This document shows positions 1 to 9,535 of a DNA stretch of 59,811 nucleotides, piece after piece (position 1 is the first letter of the stretch; every line of letters starts with the position of its first letter). The notes below the pieces were generated by a model, which searched no databases, was not told the DNA's origin, and saw nothing but the letters and a program-made list of their open reading frames with translations. This stretch comes from Nitrospinota bacterium. Its GTDB lineage: Bacteria > Nitrospinota > Nitrospinia > UBA9942. Made by a program: the position numbers and the translations under genes. The DNA lies in the NCBI GenBank assembly GCA_016194325.1, contig JACQBS010000026.1:1-59811 (forward strand). Reading direction: 5' to 3'.

Positions 1-154
1 CCCGTTTGCACCTTAGCCCCTATTAAGCAAGGTTTGGGCTCTGTTGAGACCCTCTAATTACCAGGATCGGGCAAGGTGCTATATTAATATATGTTTTAAA
101 AAGCACTTTAAAAAAGTGCTTGACAACAATAAACCAGACACAAAGAAAAATATA

Positions 155-297
155 GAACACGAATTTCACGAATATACGAATGGCACGAATAATAAATGAT
201 TGTTTCATTGTTCCATTGTTAAATCCAGCAATGAAGCAATAGAACAATGGAGCAATAAAGTATTCGTGTCCTTCGTCCATTTGTGCCATTCGTGTTC
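155..297. repeat. Nested inverted-repeat element: outer CACGAAT-type arms around inner CATTG/CAATG arms
   Basis: GAACACGAAT...CACGAAT (155-190) pairs with ATTCGTG...ATTCGTGTTC (262-297). Inner ATTGTTTCATTGTTCCATTGTT (199-220) pairs with AGCAATGAAGCAATAGAACAATGG (227-250). Confidence 0.75.
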
Positions 298-315
298 AAG
301 TTTTTTTTTCTGAAA

Positions 316-365
316 TTGACAATACTCTTTATCCGGTTTATCATAAAATGACCACAATGACCACT
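316..365 (+). promoter_or_regulatory. Sigma70-type promoter and likely TA operator
   Basis: TTGACA (316-321), 17 bp spacer, TATCAT (339-344), then direct repeats TGACCAC-AA-TGACCAC and an AGGAGG RBS before ATG 377. Confidence 0.65.
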
Positions 366-376
366 AAGGAGGCAAA

Positions 377-682
377 ATGGTTAAAGCAGGAATCAAAGAA
401 ATAAGAGATAGATTCACCTATTATTTGAAGCTTGTTAAGAAAGGGGAGGAAATAATTATTGAAAAACATGGTGAGCCTCTGGCAGTTTTAAAACCCTTAA
501 AAGAGAAAGAGGATATGTCTATAGAAGAAAAATTGGAAAGGCTTCAGGATAGAAAAATGATTCAGTTGCCAAAGAAATCTGGACATCTCTCTCCCCATTG
601 GGAAAAACTTGCTCAATATGAAACCGGAGAAGGAAAATCACTTACTGATATAGTTCTTGAGGAGAGAGAAAAGGGATGGTAA
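377..682 (+). CDS. Phd/YefM-family antitoxin
   Basis: N-terminal pattern 'AGIKEIRDRFTYYLKLVKKGEEIIIEKHGEPLAVL' is typical of Phd/YefM; overlaps the downstream PIN toxin. Confidence 0.85.
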   Translation: MVKAGIKEIRDRFTYYLKLVKKGEEIIIEKHGEPLAVLKPLKEKEDMSIEEKLERLQDRKMIQLPKKSGHLSPHWEKLAQYETGEGKSLTDIVLEEREKGW

Positions 683-1110
683 ATATTGCCTATTTTGATA
701 CAAGTGTTCTGGTAAAACTCTATGATAAATTTGAAGAGGGTTCTAAAAAAGCTGAAAGTCTATACAGAAAATATAATGCCTGTTCTTCAATATTAATATA
801 TGCAGAGGTAATTTCAGCCTTATCCCGAAAGAATAGGGAAGGGAAGTATAAGGAAAAGGGATTTGAAATAGCCATTTCTTTATTTAAGCAGGATATTGAA
901 AAGGTTTTTATAATAGAAGTAAATAAGACTGTTATTGAAGAAACAGGTCGTATCATTATAAATCATGAACTGAGGGCATTAGATGCTATCCATCTGGCAT
1001 CCGCTAATATTTTAAGAAGGGAATTATCCACTCATTTTCCTATGATTACAGCTGACGAAAAACTCTCTGTTGCATCTCAAAAAGAAGGGTATAAAGTTTT
1101 TTTACTATGA
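676..1110 (+). CDS. vapC: PIN-domain (VapC) toxin
   Basis: 'AYFDTSVLVKLY', 'EVISAL' and 'LRALDAIHLASA' PIN motifs; follows the antitoxin. Confidence 0.9.
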   Translation: MVNIAYFDTSVLVKLYDKFEEGSKKAESLYRKYNACSSILIYAEVISALSRKNREGKYKEKGFEIAISLFKQDIEKVFIIEVNKTVIEETGRIIINHELRALDAIHLASANILRRELSTHFPMITADEKLSVASQKEGYKVFLL

Positions 1111-1958
1111 AGCCGTCAGAAGCAAAACTTTTTAATTGGCTAATTCTTTTTTTATTTCTTGGAGCGTATACCTTTACCTTTACCCATGTAAAAAGCTATA
1201 GGGAAGGGTTGAGGAAGGGGGAGCCGCTTTTATATCTACCCCCTGAAGAGGTCTTGCAGATTGTATCGCTTGATTATAAAACCCTTATATCAGAATTACT
1301 CTTTTTCCGTGCAATTGTCTATTTTGGAGATAAGCTTGAAACAAAGATTATGCCGAACTGGCACTGGATTCATAAGGCACTTGATGCCTCTACCTATCTT
1401 GACCCATACAATATAGACTCGTATTATTTTGCAGAGGCAGTTCTTGCATGGGATGCTAAAATGCCAAAAGAGGCAAACATAATTCTTGAAAGAGGGGCAA
1501 AGTTCAGAAACTGGGATTGGTATATTCCATTTTTTATGGGGTTTAACAGTTTCTATTTTTTGAAGGATAATAAAGAGGCTGCAAAATGGTTTTCTGAAGC
1601 GGCAAAGATAAATAAAGAAGTTGCCCCTATAGCAGCGAAATTTTACTATAAAGTAAATGAAACTGCCTTTGCCATTGCATTTTTAAAAAAGATGTATGAG
1701 GATGCACAGAATGAAAATGTCAGAATGTCAATTTCTATAAGACTTGATGCATTAGAAAAGATTCTTTCCTTAGAGAAGGCAGTTAATCAATATAAAGACA
1801 AATTTATGAAACTTCCTGAAAATATTGAAGAATTAATAAAAGAAGGAATTATAGAGAAATTACCTGAGGACCCATATGGCGGCGTTTTTTATCTGGATAA
1901 AGAGGGATATATAAAGACTACAAGTAACCTGAATTTTCCATCAGAACAACAAAAATGA
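1107..1958 (+). CDS. Membrane-anchored TPR-like protein with a C-terminal pseudopilin-G-like segment (type IV pilus accessory, XapA-like)
   Basis: N-terminal TM helix, helical repeats ('WDWYIPFFMGFNSFYFLKD') and C-terminal 'LPENIEELIKEGIIEKLPEDPYGG'; translationally coupled to an ABC ATPase. Confidence 0.55.
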   Translation: MKPSEAKLFNWLILFLFLGAYTFTFTHVKSYREGLRKGEPLLYLPPEEVLQIVSLDYKTLISELLFFRAIVYFGDKLETKIMPNWHWIHKALDASTYLDPYNIDSYYFAEAVLAWDAKMPKEANIILERGAKFRNWDWYIPFFMGFNSFYFLKDNKEAAKWFSEAAKINKEVAPIAAKFYYKVNETAFAIAFLKKMYEDAQNENVRMSISIRLDALEKILSLEKAVNQYKDKFMKLPENIEELIKEGIIEKLPEDPYGGVFYLDKEGYIKTTSNLNFPSEQQK

Positions 1959-2872
1959 TTCAAACTATTGACCTTTGTAAGACATATGTAAAAAGGGTGC
2001 AAGAGAAAGTCTATGCACTAAAGTCCTTAAACCTTGAGATTGAAAAGGGAGAAATGTTTGGATTTCTTGGTCCAAATGGGGCAGGTAAAAGCACAACTAT
2101 AAAACTTATATTGGATATTATACGACCAACCTCTGGTAAGGTGAACCTTTTTAATATTGATGTTGCAAATCCTGAATCAAGAAAGAAAGTTGGGTATCTT
2201 CCAGAAAATCCATCATTCTATGATTACCTTACAGCAGAAGAACTTTTATGGTTTGCGGGAAGTGTTTATAACATGGATAATGCCGGTATTAAAAAAAGAA
2301 CTGGAGAATTGCTCGAATTACTGGATTTAACAGAGGCAAGAGCAACCCCTATTAGGAAATACTCTAAAGGGATGGTTCAGAGAGTAGGTCTTGCTCAATC
2401 TCTTATCAATGACCCTGATCTTTTAATTTTAGATGAACCCACTTCAGGACTAGACCCTGTTGGTAGAAGAAAGGTTGCCGACCTGCTTCTTGATTTAAAG
2501 AAAAAGGGCAAAACTATCTTTTTCAGCTCACATATACTCCACGATGTAGAAACAATATGCGATAGAGCAGGAATTATAGTGGAAGGGGAATTACGCTTTT
2601 CAGGGAAATTATCCACTGTTTTGCATCAAAGTTTTCAAGATTTTGAAGTTGTAGTTCAGAATATTTCAGAGGAAATCTTTAAAGAGATTTTAGATAAAGA
2701 TATTAATTGTCATAGAGAGGGAGATACAGCAAGATTGACAATAGCGGAAAATGATTTATGGCAGTTAATAGAATTTATAAAGTCAAAAAATCTATCACTC
2801 TTTGCAATAGAGCCAAAGAGAAAGACTCTGGAAGGATTGTTTTTAGAATTGATAAATAAAAGGATGAGTTGA
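1955..2872 (+). CDS. ABC transporter ATP-binding protein (ABC-2 exporter type)
   Basis: Walker A GPNGAGKST, signature YSKGM, Walker B LILDEP, H-loop SSH. Confidence 0.95.
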   Translation: MIQTIDLCKTYVKRVQEKVYALKSLNLEIEKGEMFGFLGPNGAGKSTTIKLILDIIRPTSGKVNLFNIDVANPESRKKVGYLPENPSFYDYLTAEELLWFAGSVYNMDNAGIKKRTGELLELLDLTEARATPIRKYSKGMVQRVGLAQSLINDPDLLILDEPTSGLDPVGRRKVADLLLDLKKKGKTIFFSSHILHDVETICDRAGIIVEGELRFSGKLSTVLHQSFQDFEVVVQNISEEIFKEILDKDINCHREGDTARLTIAENDLWQLIEFIKSKNLSLFAIEPKRKTLEGLFLELINKRMS

Positions 2873-2953
2873 TTTTAGGATTTAAAGAAAGCCTATTTGA
2901 AACCAATAGCTAAATGTAATATAATTAGGTTAGAATTTTTGGAGAGATTTTAA

Positions 2954-3493
2954 ATGAAGGGTATAAAGATTGATTACATACCGAGATATACTTATAACGA
3001 TTATGTAAAGTGGGAAGGGAGATGGGAATTAATTGAGGGGATACCTTATGCAATGACACCTTCGCCAGTTTTTAAACATCAGATAGTAAGTAACAATATT
3101 AATATCCAGCTATCTAAATTACTGGAAGGGTGTAGAAAGTGTAAGGCTTTATTACCTCTTGACTGGAAGATAGATGATGACACAGTCCTGCAGCCTGATA
3201 ATTCGGTAGTCTGTGAGGAAGTGGAAGGAGATTATCTAATCCATCCCCCTATAATGATATTTGAAATATTATCCCCTGCAACAGCTTTTAAAGATAGAAA
3301 TATCAAATATAAGATTTACGAATCTCAAGGGGTCAAATACTATATAATGGTGGATATTGATGCTAAAGTTGCAGAAGTTTTTGAGCTTATCAACGGAAGT
3401 TATAAAAAGCTTAAGGATGCCCAGAAGGATGTCATCGCCTTTGATTTGGACAATTACAGAATAGATTTTGATTTTGGAAAAATATGGGAATAA
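2954..3493 (+). CDS. Uma2/DUF820 family endonuclease
   Basis: 'RWELIEG...P...HQ', 'QPD', 'FEILSPAT...D...K...Y...GVKYY' pattern. Confidence 0.9.
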   Translation: MKGIKIDYIPRYTYNDYVKWEGRWELIEGIPYAMTPSPVFKHQIVSNNINIQLSKLLEGCRKCKALLPLDWKIDDDTVLQPDNSVVCEEVEGDYLIHPPIMIFEILSPATAFKDRNIKYKIYESQGVKYYIMVDIDAKVAEVFELINGSYKKLKDAQKDVIAFDLDNYRIDFDFGKIWE

Positions 3494-3544
3494 TTATTTA
3501 GCCACCGACAGACCTGAGAGGAGAGGAGAAAAGAGAGGAGTTGT

Positions 3545-4615
3545 TTAAACTAATGCCTTTGATAGGGTAGATTCGTTATCTTTTATCCACTTATAAATAT
3601 CTTCCAATATCTTTTTTGCTGAGTGAGTTGGTGTCCAGCCTGCTTCTGAAATAACCCTCCTACTATCACCAATATATATAGCAATATCAGCAGGTCTTGT
3701 AACTGATTCTTTGCCAATAGCAATCTTGTTTCCAGTGATTTCCTGACAGATTAAAGTCGTTTCAAGAAGGGAAAGGCTTATATCCTTACCACCGCCAACA
3801 TTATAAATCCTGCCATTTACCTTATCTATATTCTTTAGTTCAAAATCAACAAGGTTAAATAAATCCTCAATATGCAAAAGGTCGCGAACCTGTTTACCCT
3901 CTCCTCCAAAGCCGATATATTTTAAATTATCCTTTTTAAAATAATGGGCAAGCATCCAGAGGGTGAATACTCCCTGGTCAACCTTACCAAATTGCCATGG
4001 GCCTGCAATTACTCCGCATCTATTAATAACCCCTCTTAGCCCATACATTGAAATATATTCCTGAAGGAGTAATTCTGAACATAGTTTGGAGGCACCATAA
4101 AGAGAGCGGGAACCTTCAAGCGAAAAATCTTCTGTAATTCCTTCTGGAGACCACCCCTTTATATCCTGTCCCTCTTTCCATATATAATGTGTCTTATCTT
4201 CAGTAGTCTTAATCCCGTTGATTCTTTCATAGGGATAGACCCTGCTTGTTGAGAGAAATATAATATCAGCTTTTCGTTTCCTTGCATTTTCAAGACAATT
4301 AATAGTTCCTGTTAGATTGGTATTTACTACATATAAAGGGTTTCCTTCATATCCTGACAAGACTGATGGCTCTGCAGAGCATTCAATCATAGCATCATAA
4401 TCAATCTGTGGAAAATCTTCAGGGTTTCTTATATCGCCATGAATAAATTCTATACCTGTCTCTTTGAGCCGTTGGATATTAAGTTCTGAGCCACGACGTT
4501 TGAGATTGTCTAAGGCAATCACTCTAATTTTAGGATATTTTCCTTTGAGAGAAACTGATAGAGTGCTTCCTATAAAACCCGCACCACCTGTAATTAAGAT
4601 TGATTTATGTTTCAT
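3545..4615 (-). CDS. NAD-dependent epimerase/dehydratase (CDP-paratose/tyvelose epimerase-like)
   Basis: GGAGFIG Rossmann motif, YGASK catalytic motif, 'GKQVRDLLHIEDL'; start moved to ATG 4615 (MKHKSILITGG). Confidence 0.85.
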   Translation of the reverse strand: MKHKSILITGGAGFIGSTLSVSLKGKYPKIRVIALDNLKRRGSELNIQRLKETGIEFIHGDIRNPEDFPQIDYDAMIECSAEPSVLSGYEGNPLYVVNTNLTGTINCLENARKRKADIIFLSTSRVYPYERINGIKTTEDKTHYIWKEGQDIKGWSPEGITEDFSLEGSRSLYGASKLCSELLLQEYISMYGLRGVINRCGVIAGPWQFGKVDQGVFTLWMLAHYFKKDNLKYIGFGGEGKQVRDLLHIEDLFNLVDFELKNIDKVNGRIYNVGGGKDISLSLLETTLICQEITGNKIAIGKESVTRPADIAIYIGDSRRVISEAGWTPTHSAKKILEDIYKWIKDNESTLSKALV

Positions 4616-4732
4616 GTATAGGAAATTGTAAAAGCATTTAGACAGGATTAACAGTATAAACAAAAATTAATTAACAATTTCTTCTTCCTTTTTAAATCCT
4701 GTATATCCTGTCTAAATTTAGTTTTTGTCCTA

Positions 4733-5794
4733 TCAAAATTTCACCTGTTTCTGCACTTCAAATATTTCCTCCAGAGTTTTTCTTATGTCGTATTTAAAAT
4801 TCCACTCAGGGTAATGACTCTTAAATTTTGATACATCACTTATCCACCAGATATGGTCACCTGCCCTATTCTGGTCAACATATTCATAATTAAGCGTATT
4901 AACTGATATTTCTTCACAGAATTTAATTGCCTCCAAAATAGATATATTAGCATATCTACCTCCGCCAATATTATATACCTCAGCACATCTTGGTTCTTCA
5001 AAAAAGTAATTGAAGGCATTTACAAGGTCATTGGAGTGAATATTATCCCTTACCTGTTTTCCCTTATATCCGTAGATATAATATTTCTTTTTAGTAATAC
5101 AGCATCTCATCAGATATGATAGAAAACCGTGAAGTTTTGTGCCTGAGTGTGCAGGACCTGTAAGACAGCCGCCGCGAAATATGCCGGTCTTAAGTCCAAA
5201 ATATCTTCCGTATTCCTGAACCATTAAGTCTGCCGCTGCTTTTGAGGCACCAAAGAGGCTATGTTTTGACTGGTCAATGGACATTGTTTCATCAATACCG
5301 TTTACCCATCTGTGTCCATCCTCTATTTCAAATCGTGTATCTAATTCTTTTAAAGGGAGTGAGTTTGGCAAATCACCATAGACCTTATTTGTAGAGGTAA
5401 ATATAAATACGGCATCAGGACAGATATGGCGGAATGCCTCAAGAAGGTTAAGGGTCCCATTGGCATTTACAGAAAAATCCATAAATGGGTCATTAGCCGC
5501 CCAGTCATGTGATGGCTGTGCGGCAGTGTGGACAATTAATTTAATGTCGGATGAATAAGTTTTGAAGATATCTGAAATTATTTTAAAATCTCGTATGTCT
5601 GTATCGTAGTGAGTATAATTTTTGAAGTTAGATATAAGCTCCTGTTTGTTCCATTCAGTAGATGCATCTTTACCAAAGAAGACCTCTCTTAGATTATTGT
5701 CTATACCAATTACCCTATATCCTTTATTACAATAAATTTTTACAGTCTCAGAACCAATCAATCCTGCTGAACCGGTGACTATTACTACAGGCAT
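4733..5794 (-). CDS. NAD-dependent epimerase/dehydratase (CDP-tyvelose epimerase-like paralog)
   Basis: GSAGLIG, '[11 protein letters not shown]', 'FGASK', 'GKQVRDNIH'. Confidence 0.85.
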   Translation of the reverse strand: MPVVIVTGSAGLIGSETVKIYCNKGYRVIGIDNNLREVFFGKDASTEWNKQELISNFKNYTHYDTDIRDFKIISDIFKTYSSDIKLIVHTAAQPSHDWAANDPFMDFSVNANGTLNLLEAFRHICPDAVFIFTSTNKVYGDLPNSLPLKELDTRFEIEDGHRWVNGIDETMSIDQSKHSLFGASKAAADLMVQEYGRYFGLKTGIFRGGCLTGPAHSGTKLHGFLSYLMRCCITKKKYYIYGYKGKQVRDNIHSNDLVNAFNYFFEEPRCAEVYNIGGGRYANISILEAIKFCEEISVNTLNYEYVDQNRAGDHIWWISDVSKFKSHYPEWNFKYDIRKTLEEIFEVQKQVKF

Positions 5795-5852
5795 GGCTTA
5801 TTCCTTCCTAATTTAATGGCAGATGGGGCAACAAGTTATTTACAGAAACATG

Positions 5853-6665
5853 TTAAACCTTTTTCAAGTTTGATATGTTTTCAATATTGGATTTAATGAA
5901 ATTATTTGGAGGATAAAATCCCTTCTTCACTGTGATATTTGGATAGACCCATGAATTTTTACCAATGATGACACAGGGAGATGTAACAGTATTACATCCA
6001 ATTTCTACATAATCACCCAGCACAGCACCGAACTTTTTTACACCTGTATCTGTAGTCTTTCCCTCTGCATGTATCTTTATTGTATTAATCTTACCGCTTC
6101 TTTTTTCCTCTGATGTCCTGAACTGAAGATTTGCAAGCTTTGTCCCTGCACCTAAATTTACATAGCTGCCCACAATGCTGTCACCGATATAGGCAAAGTG
6201 CCCTGCCTCCGAGTGATTCATGAATATTGAATTTTTTATCTCAGTTGTATGCCCTATTACCGATTTATCCCCCACTATCACATTACCCCTGAAATAAGAA
6301 CCCTGCCTGATTTCGCAGTCATTACCAATAATTGCCGGGGCTTTTATGAGTGCAGTCGGCTCTAATACTGTGCCGCTTCCCACAAATATCCCCATCTCTT
6401 TCAAAAAGAGGTCTGACCTGATTTTAACCTCCCTCCCTACATACAATACCTTATCTATCAGGGTATCTTTTTCATCCCTCACCTCCTGAAGGGTTACCCC
6501 CTCAATTATCATCTTAGGCTGAACACTCTTTTCTATTTCCTTAAACCAGTCCTTTATATATTTGTTAATTCTTCCTGTTACATCCCAGTAATGGTTTATG
6601 CCTTCAAATATAGCCTTATGCCTGAACTCCGGAAGATGCTCAAATAAGTCTTCACTTTTTAGCAT
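5853..6665 (-). CDS. Hexapeptide-repeat sugar-phosphate acetyltransferase (archaeal GlmU C-terminal-like)
   Basis: Left-handed beta-helix repeats; 'GHFAYIGDSIVGSYVNLGAGTKLAN' and 'KFGAVLGDYVEIGCN'. Confidence 0.75.
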   Translation of the reverse strand: MLKSEDLFEHLPEFRHKAIFEGINHYWDVTGRINKYIKDWFKEIEKSVQPKMIIEGVTLQEVRDEKDTLIDKVLYVGREVKIRSDLFLKEMGIFVGSGTVLEPTALIKAPAIIGNDCEIRQGSYFRGNVIVGDKSVIGHTTEIKNSIFMNHSEAGHFAYIGDSIVGSYVNLGAGTKLANLQFRTSEEKRSGKINTIKIHAEGKTTDTGVKKFGAVLGDYVEIGCNTVTSPCVIIGKNSWVYPNITVKKGFYPPNNFIKSNIENISNLKKV

Positions 6666-6678
6666 ATCCCCCTCCCTT

Positions 6679-6724
6679 AAAACGGTTCAAACAGTTTAAA
6701 CGGCTTAAACGGTTTAAACCGCTT
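6679..6724. repeat. Short-period AAACGGTT(T)-type tandem/palindromic repeat
   Basis: AAAACGGTTCAAACAGTTTAAACGGCTTAAACGGTTTAAACCGCTT, overlapping the stop codon of the mutase gene. Confidence 0.6.
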
Positions 6725-8483
6725 TTTTAATTTCAGGTATTAGATAATCCTTTACCCTCTCGCCTATATATATGAGTTTATCACTATCATTTATTGAACC
6801 CCTTACGTTAACACCTGTCTTATCTTCTGTCCCTGAGTTTCTTACAAAGACACATCCCCGTAAAGAGTTCGGAGTTAGATTTACCCTCTGCTTATCATAT
6901 ATCGCAATATAAATCATATCTGGCTCCTCATCCCTCACTTTCAAAGATAATTCTACACTATTTTCAAATTTCTCCATACAGATATTTTTTATAAACCTCT
7001 CTAATTTTTTCCATAACTCAGTCCCCTTTGAAAGTCGGGATTTATCAGTTTTATAAATATAAAATGTTTTTTTAAAACCATGCTCAAACGGGCTATGCAG
7101 TTTTTTAAAATAACCCTTAGAATCCGATTTGCTGAGAATGGATTCTGATGCAACAAAGGTATTTATAGCACTCTTTAAGCCGTTTCCGGCAAATACAGAA
7201 ATTTCTTTATTATCTTTAGTCTTCAAATACCCTTCTGTAATATTGTGCCCACTCTCCTCACTCCCTATTGCAAACCTATTTGACGGTTGCATTGCCTCTT
7301 TAAGAAGCCATTTATCTCCAACCCCTGTGATTACAGCTTTAAACCCAATTTTTCCAGCTGCGATGGCAGTATTTATATCGCTCTCTATTGTATTCACATA
7401 TATAGAGCCTTTATACTTTTCCGGAAGCATTTCCATAAGATACATTGCCTGTAAAAATGCAGTCTCGTCCCCTGACAGGACAATTACAGTATCATCAAAG
7501 GGGTTATAATCAATCCTGTAAAACCTGTCTCCATCTGCATCAAATACAGCCCCTGCTACCCTTACCTCCCCCTTCTTTATTTCTTCTCTTTTATCCCTTC
7601 CAGTTTGGAAGATTTTATTTATAGCTTTGTTCTTTTCAAATCTCTTGCCCTCCTCAATCATATCGGATGTAATTAATGATATGCCTTCAAGGGCAACAAC
7701 GCCACAGTCCAGATTTACAGCACCATTGATGTAGTGGCTAACCTCAATTATTTCTTTAAATCCCAATCTCTTGAAAATATCAGCCGCAATCCCTGAAAAA
7801 GAACCGTTAGCCGGGTCAACAATCAAAACGATTTTTGAAAAAATGCCAGATTCCTTAATCCATGAATTTCTTAAATCACAAGAAAATTCAGTAAATACCC
7901 TGACTGCATCATCATGTACATATTCAAGTTCGCCTAAAAATCCCCTCGCAGCAAACCACCCCTCACCTTTCTCCTCTCCCCTGAGGGGAGAGGGTGGAGT
8001 GAGGGGAATTGATGTTTCAAAAAATTTCTTTGTAAGTCTTATATCATCTTCCGGGAAAAATTTCAATCCTGTTGGCTTAAATATTTTAATCCCATTCTGT
8101 CCCTTTGGGTTATGGGATGCAGTAATCATAAATCCGCCCTTTGCACCCTTGTAGAGCATATATATAGGTATTGCAGGTGTAGGGGTTATACCTAAAACTA
8201 CTGCCTTACCGCCTGCCTTTCTGATTCCGCTCACTGCCGCAGATGTAAATTCGCCTTCAATGTCGCGGGGGTCCCACCCGATGATTATATCTTCGCCAAT
8301 ATTCATTTCACCACTTTCTATCAAATTGGTCACATGGCAAAAAGTGTAAAGCTCCATGAACTCTTCAGTAATAAAACCCTTTTCAACAAATGCCTGAAGC
8401 GGTGACATCCCTTTTATGGCAGGGTCAGATGATAATCTTACATCTCTTCTAACACCATCTGTCCCTTGAAGTCTATTAATCAT
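6714..8483 (-). CDS. Alpha-D-phosphohexomutase (phosphoglucosamine mutase-like)
   Basis: 'GTDGVR', catalytic 'ITASHNP', metal loop 'FDADGDR', 'GSEESGH', 'VRNSGTE'; contains an in-frame hairpin insert. Confidence 0.85.
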   Translation of the reverse strand: MINRLQGTDGVRRDVRLSSDPAIKGMSPLQAFVEKGFITEEFMELYTFCHVTNLIESGEMNIGEDIIIGWDPRDIEGEFTSAAVSGIRKAGGKAVVLGITPTPAIPIYMLYKGAKGGFMITASHNPKGQNGIKIFKPTGLKFFPEDDIRLTKKFFETSIPLTPPSPLRGEEKGEGWFAARGFLGELEYVHDDAVRVFTEFSCDLRNSWIKESGIFSKIVLIVDPANGSFSGIAADIFKRLGFKEIIEVSHYINGAVNLDCGVVALEGISLITSDMIEEGKRFEKNKAINKIFQTGRDKREEIKKGEVRVAGAVFDADGDRFYRIDYNPFDDTVIVLSGDETAFLQAMYLMEMLPEKYKGSIYVNTIESDINTAIAAGKIGFKAVITGVGDKWLLKEAMQPSNRFAIGSEESGHNITEGYLKTKDNKEISVFAGNGLKSAINTFVASESILSKSDSKGYFKKLHSPFEHGFKKTFYIYKTDKSRLSKGTELWKKLERFIKNICMEKFENSVELSLKVRDEEPDMIYIAIYDKQRVNLTPNSLRGCVFVRNSGTEDKTGVNVRGSINDSDKLIYIGERVKDYLIPEIKKAV

Positions 8484-8563
8484 AACTGTAGAATTTTATT
8501 TTTCTAATATGTCTTAGAATGAGGAGAGATTCAGAATCGGATGGGCTCATTTAAAAGCGAGAC

Positions 8564-8624
8564 TGAGGTTAAGGTCAAGGTTAAGAAAAACTTAAAATCT
8601 TAACCTCAGCCTAAACCTTAACCT
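8564..8624. repeat. AGGTT(A/G)-hexamer inverted-repeat element
   Basis: TGAGGTTAAGGTCAAGGTTAAG ... CTTAACCTCAGCCTAAACCTTAACCT. Confidence 0.8.
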
Positions 8625-8630
8625 TTTATT

Positions 8631-9233
8631 TTATGCTGTTGGATTTTTTAAAAGTTCATCTATTGTTTTTATGAAATCCTCAGAAGGCTGCTCATACTCT
8701 ATACCATAATAAGTTGTATCATACGGAGCCTGTTTTATATTTCTGATTATTCCCTTAAATGCTACCGGGCTGCTATTTTCATCATACTCAAATGAGAGCT
8801 GGATGTGATTTCCCGCCTTGTATTGAAGCATTGTCATTAATTTGCATCCGCCAAGACTCATGTCCACGATGGTTCCGTCACCAATCTTTTCATTTTTTTC
8901 ATCCATGATTGATGTCCAGTAGGATGTGGATACTCTATGGTGTTTTCTTATAGATACCCCTTCCGTCTTGGCAGGATATTTTATAATAATATTTGGTATC
9001 TTTCTCTTGAGAAGGACCGTATCAATGTTATATGCCATTCCGTCTTCAGCAATAAATTTAACCTTGCATTCAGTATCAGGCATTATATGAACGAGGGTTG
9101 CATCGGGATTGGAGAGTCTGATGGATATGCTTTCGCCTGCCGAAAACTCCATAATAACCCCCTGATATTTCTTTTCAAAAATCTCCACAAGGATACGAAG
9201 CCCTGTATAAAATATCTCTTTAGCCATTATCAA
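8631..9233 (-). CDS. PilZ-domain c-di-GMP receptor (YcgR/flagellar-brake-like)
   Basis: RxxxR ('RKHHR') and DxSxxG ('DMSLGG') motifs after an N-terminal YcgR-like domain. Confidence 0.85.
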   Translation of the reverse strand: MIMAKEIFYTGLRILVEIFEKKYQGVIMEFSAGESISIRLSNPDATLVHIMPDTECKVKFIAEDGMAYNIDTVLLKRKIPNIIIKYPAKTEGVSIRKHHRVSTSYWTSIMDEKNEKIGDGTIVDMSLGGCKLMTMLQYKAGNHIQLSFEYDENSSPVAFKGIIRNIKQAPYDTTYYGIEYEQPSEDFIKTIDELLKNPTA

Positions 9234-9244
9234 TCACTTTTCCC

Positions 9245-9412
9245 CAAATTCCGCTTTAGCGGAATTTAAAATCGCAGATTCATCCTGAAATACTGCGTTA
9301 TCGTCAATTTTGCTCCTCACCGTATTGGTCATATACGGTTGCGTCGCAAAATTGCCTCTTGTCTTTCAGGCGACTTTGCGATTTTACCCAAAATCCTAAA
9401 TCGGATTTTGGG
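9245..9412. repeat. Long multi-stem palindromic intergenic element
   Basis: Nested pairings AAAATCGCA/TGCGATTTT, CCTGAAA/TTTCAGG, CAATTTTGC/GCAAAATTG and ACCGTAT/ATACGGT, with small flanking hairpins. Confidence 0.7.
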
Positions 9413-9535
9413 TTTTTTCTCTTGATTTTAAGACTGTCTTTATGTATTTTAAAGGGGAAATATTTATTTAAATCCCTTAAAACATTTTTGTATGTTACTA
9501 TAAAAGTCAGATAAATAGCAAACTAATTTCAATTT

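Noticed and set aside
23-289. 88-aa minus-strand ORF
   Set aside because: It runs through the nested palindromic repeat, has low-complexity composition and has no RBS or family motif.
9245-9412. c-di-GMP riboswitch upstream of motA or pilZ
   Set aside because: The conserved GEMM-type motifs were not seen; the stretch is a long palindrome instead.
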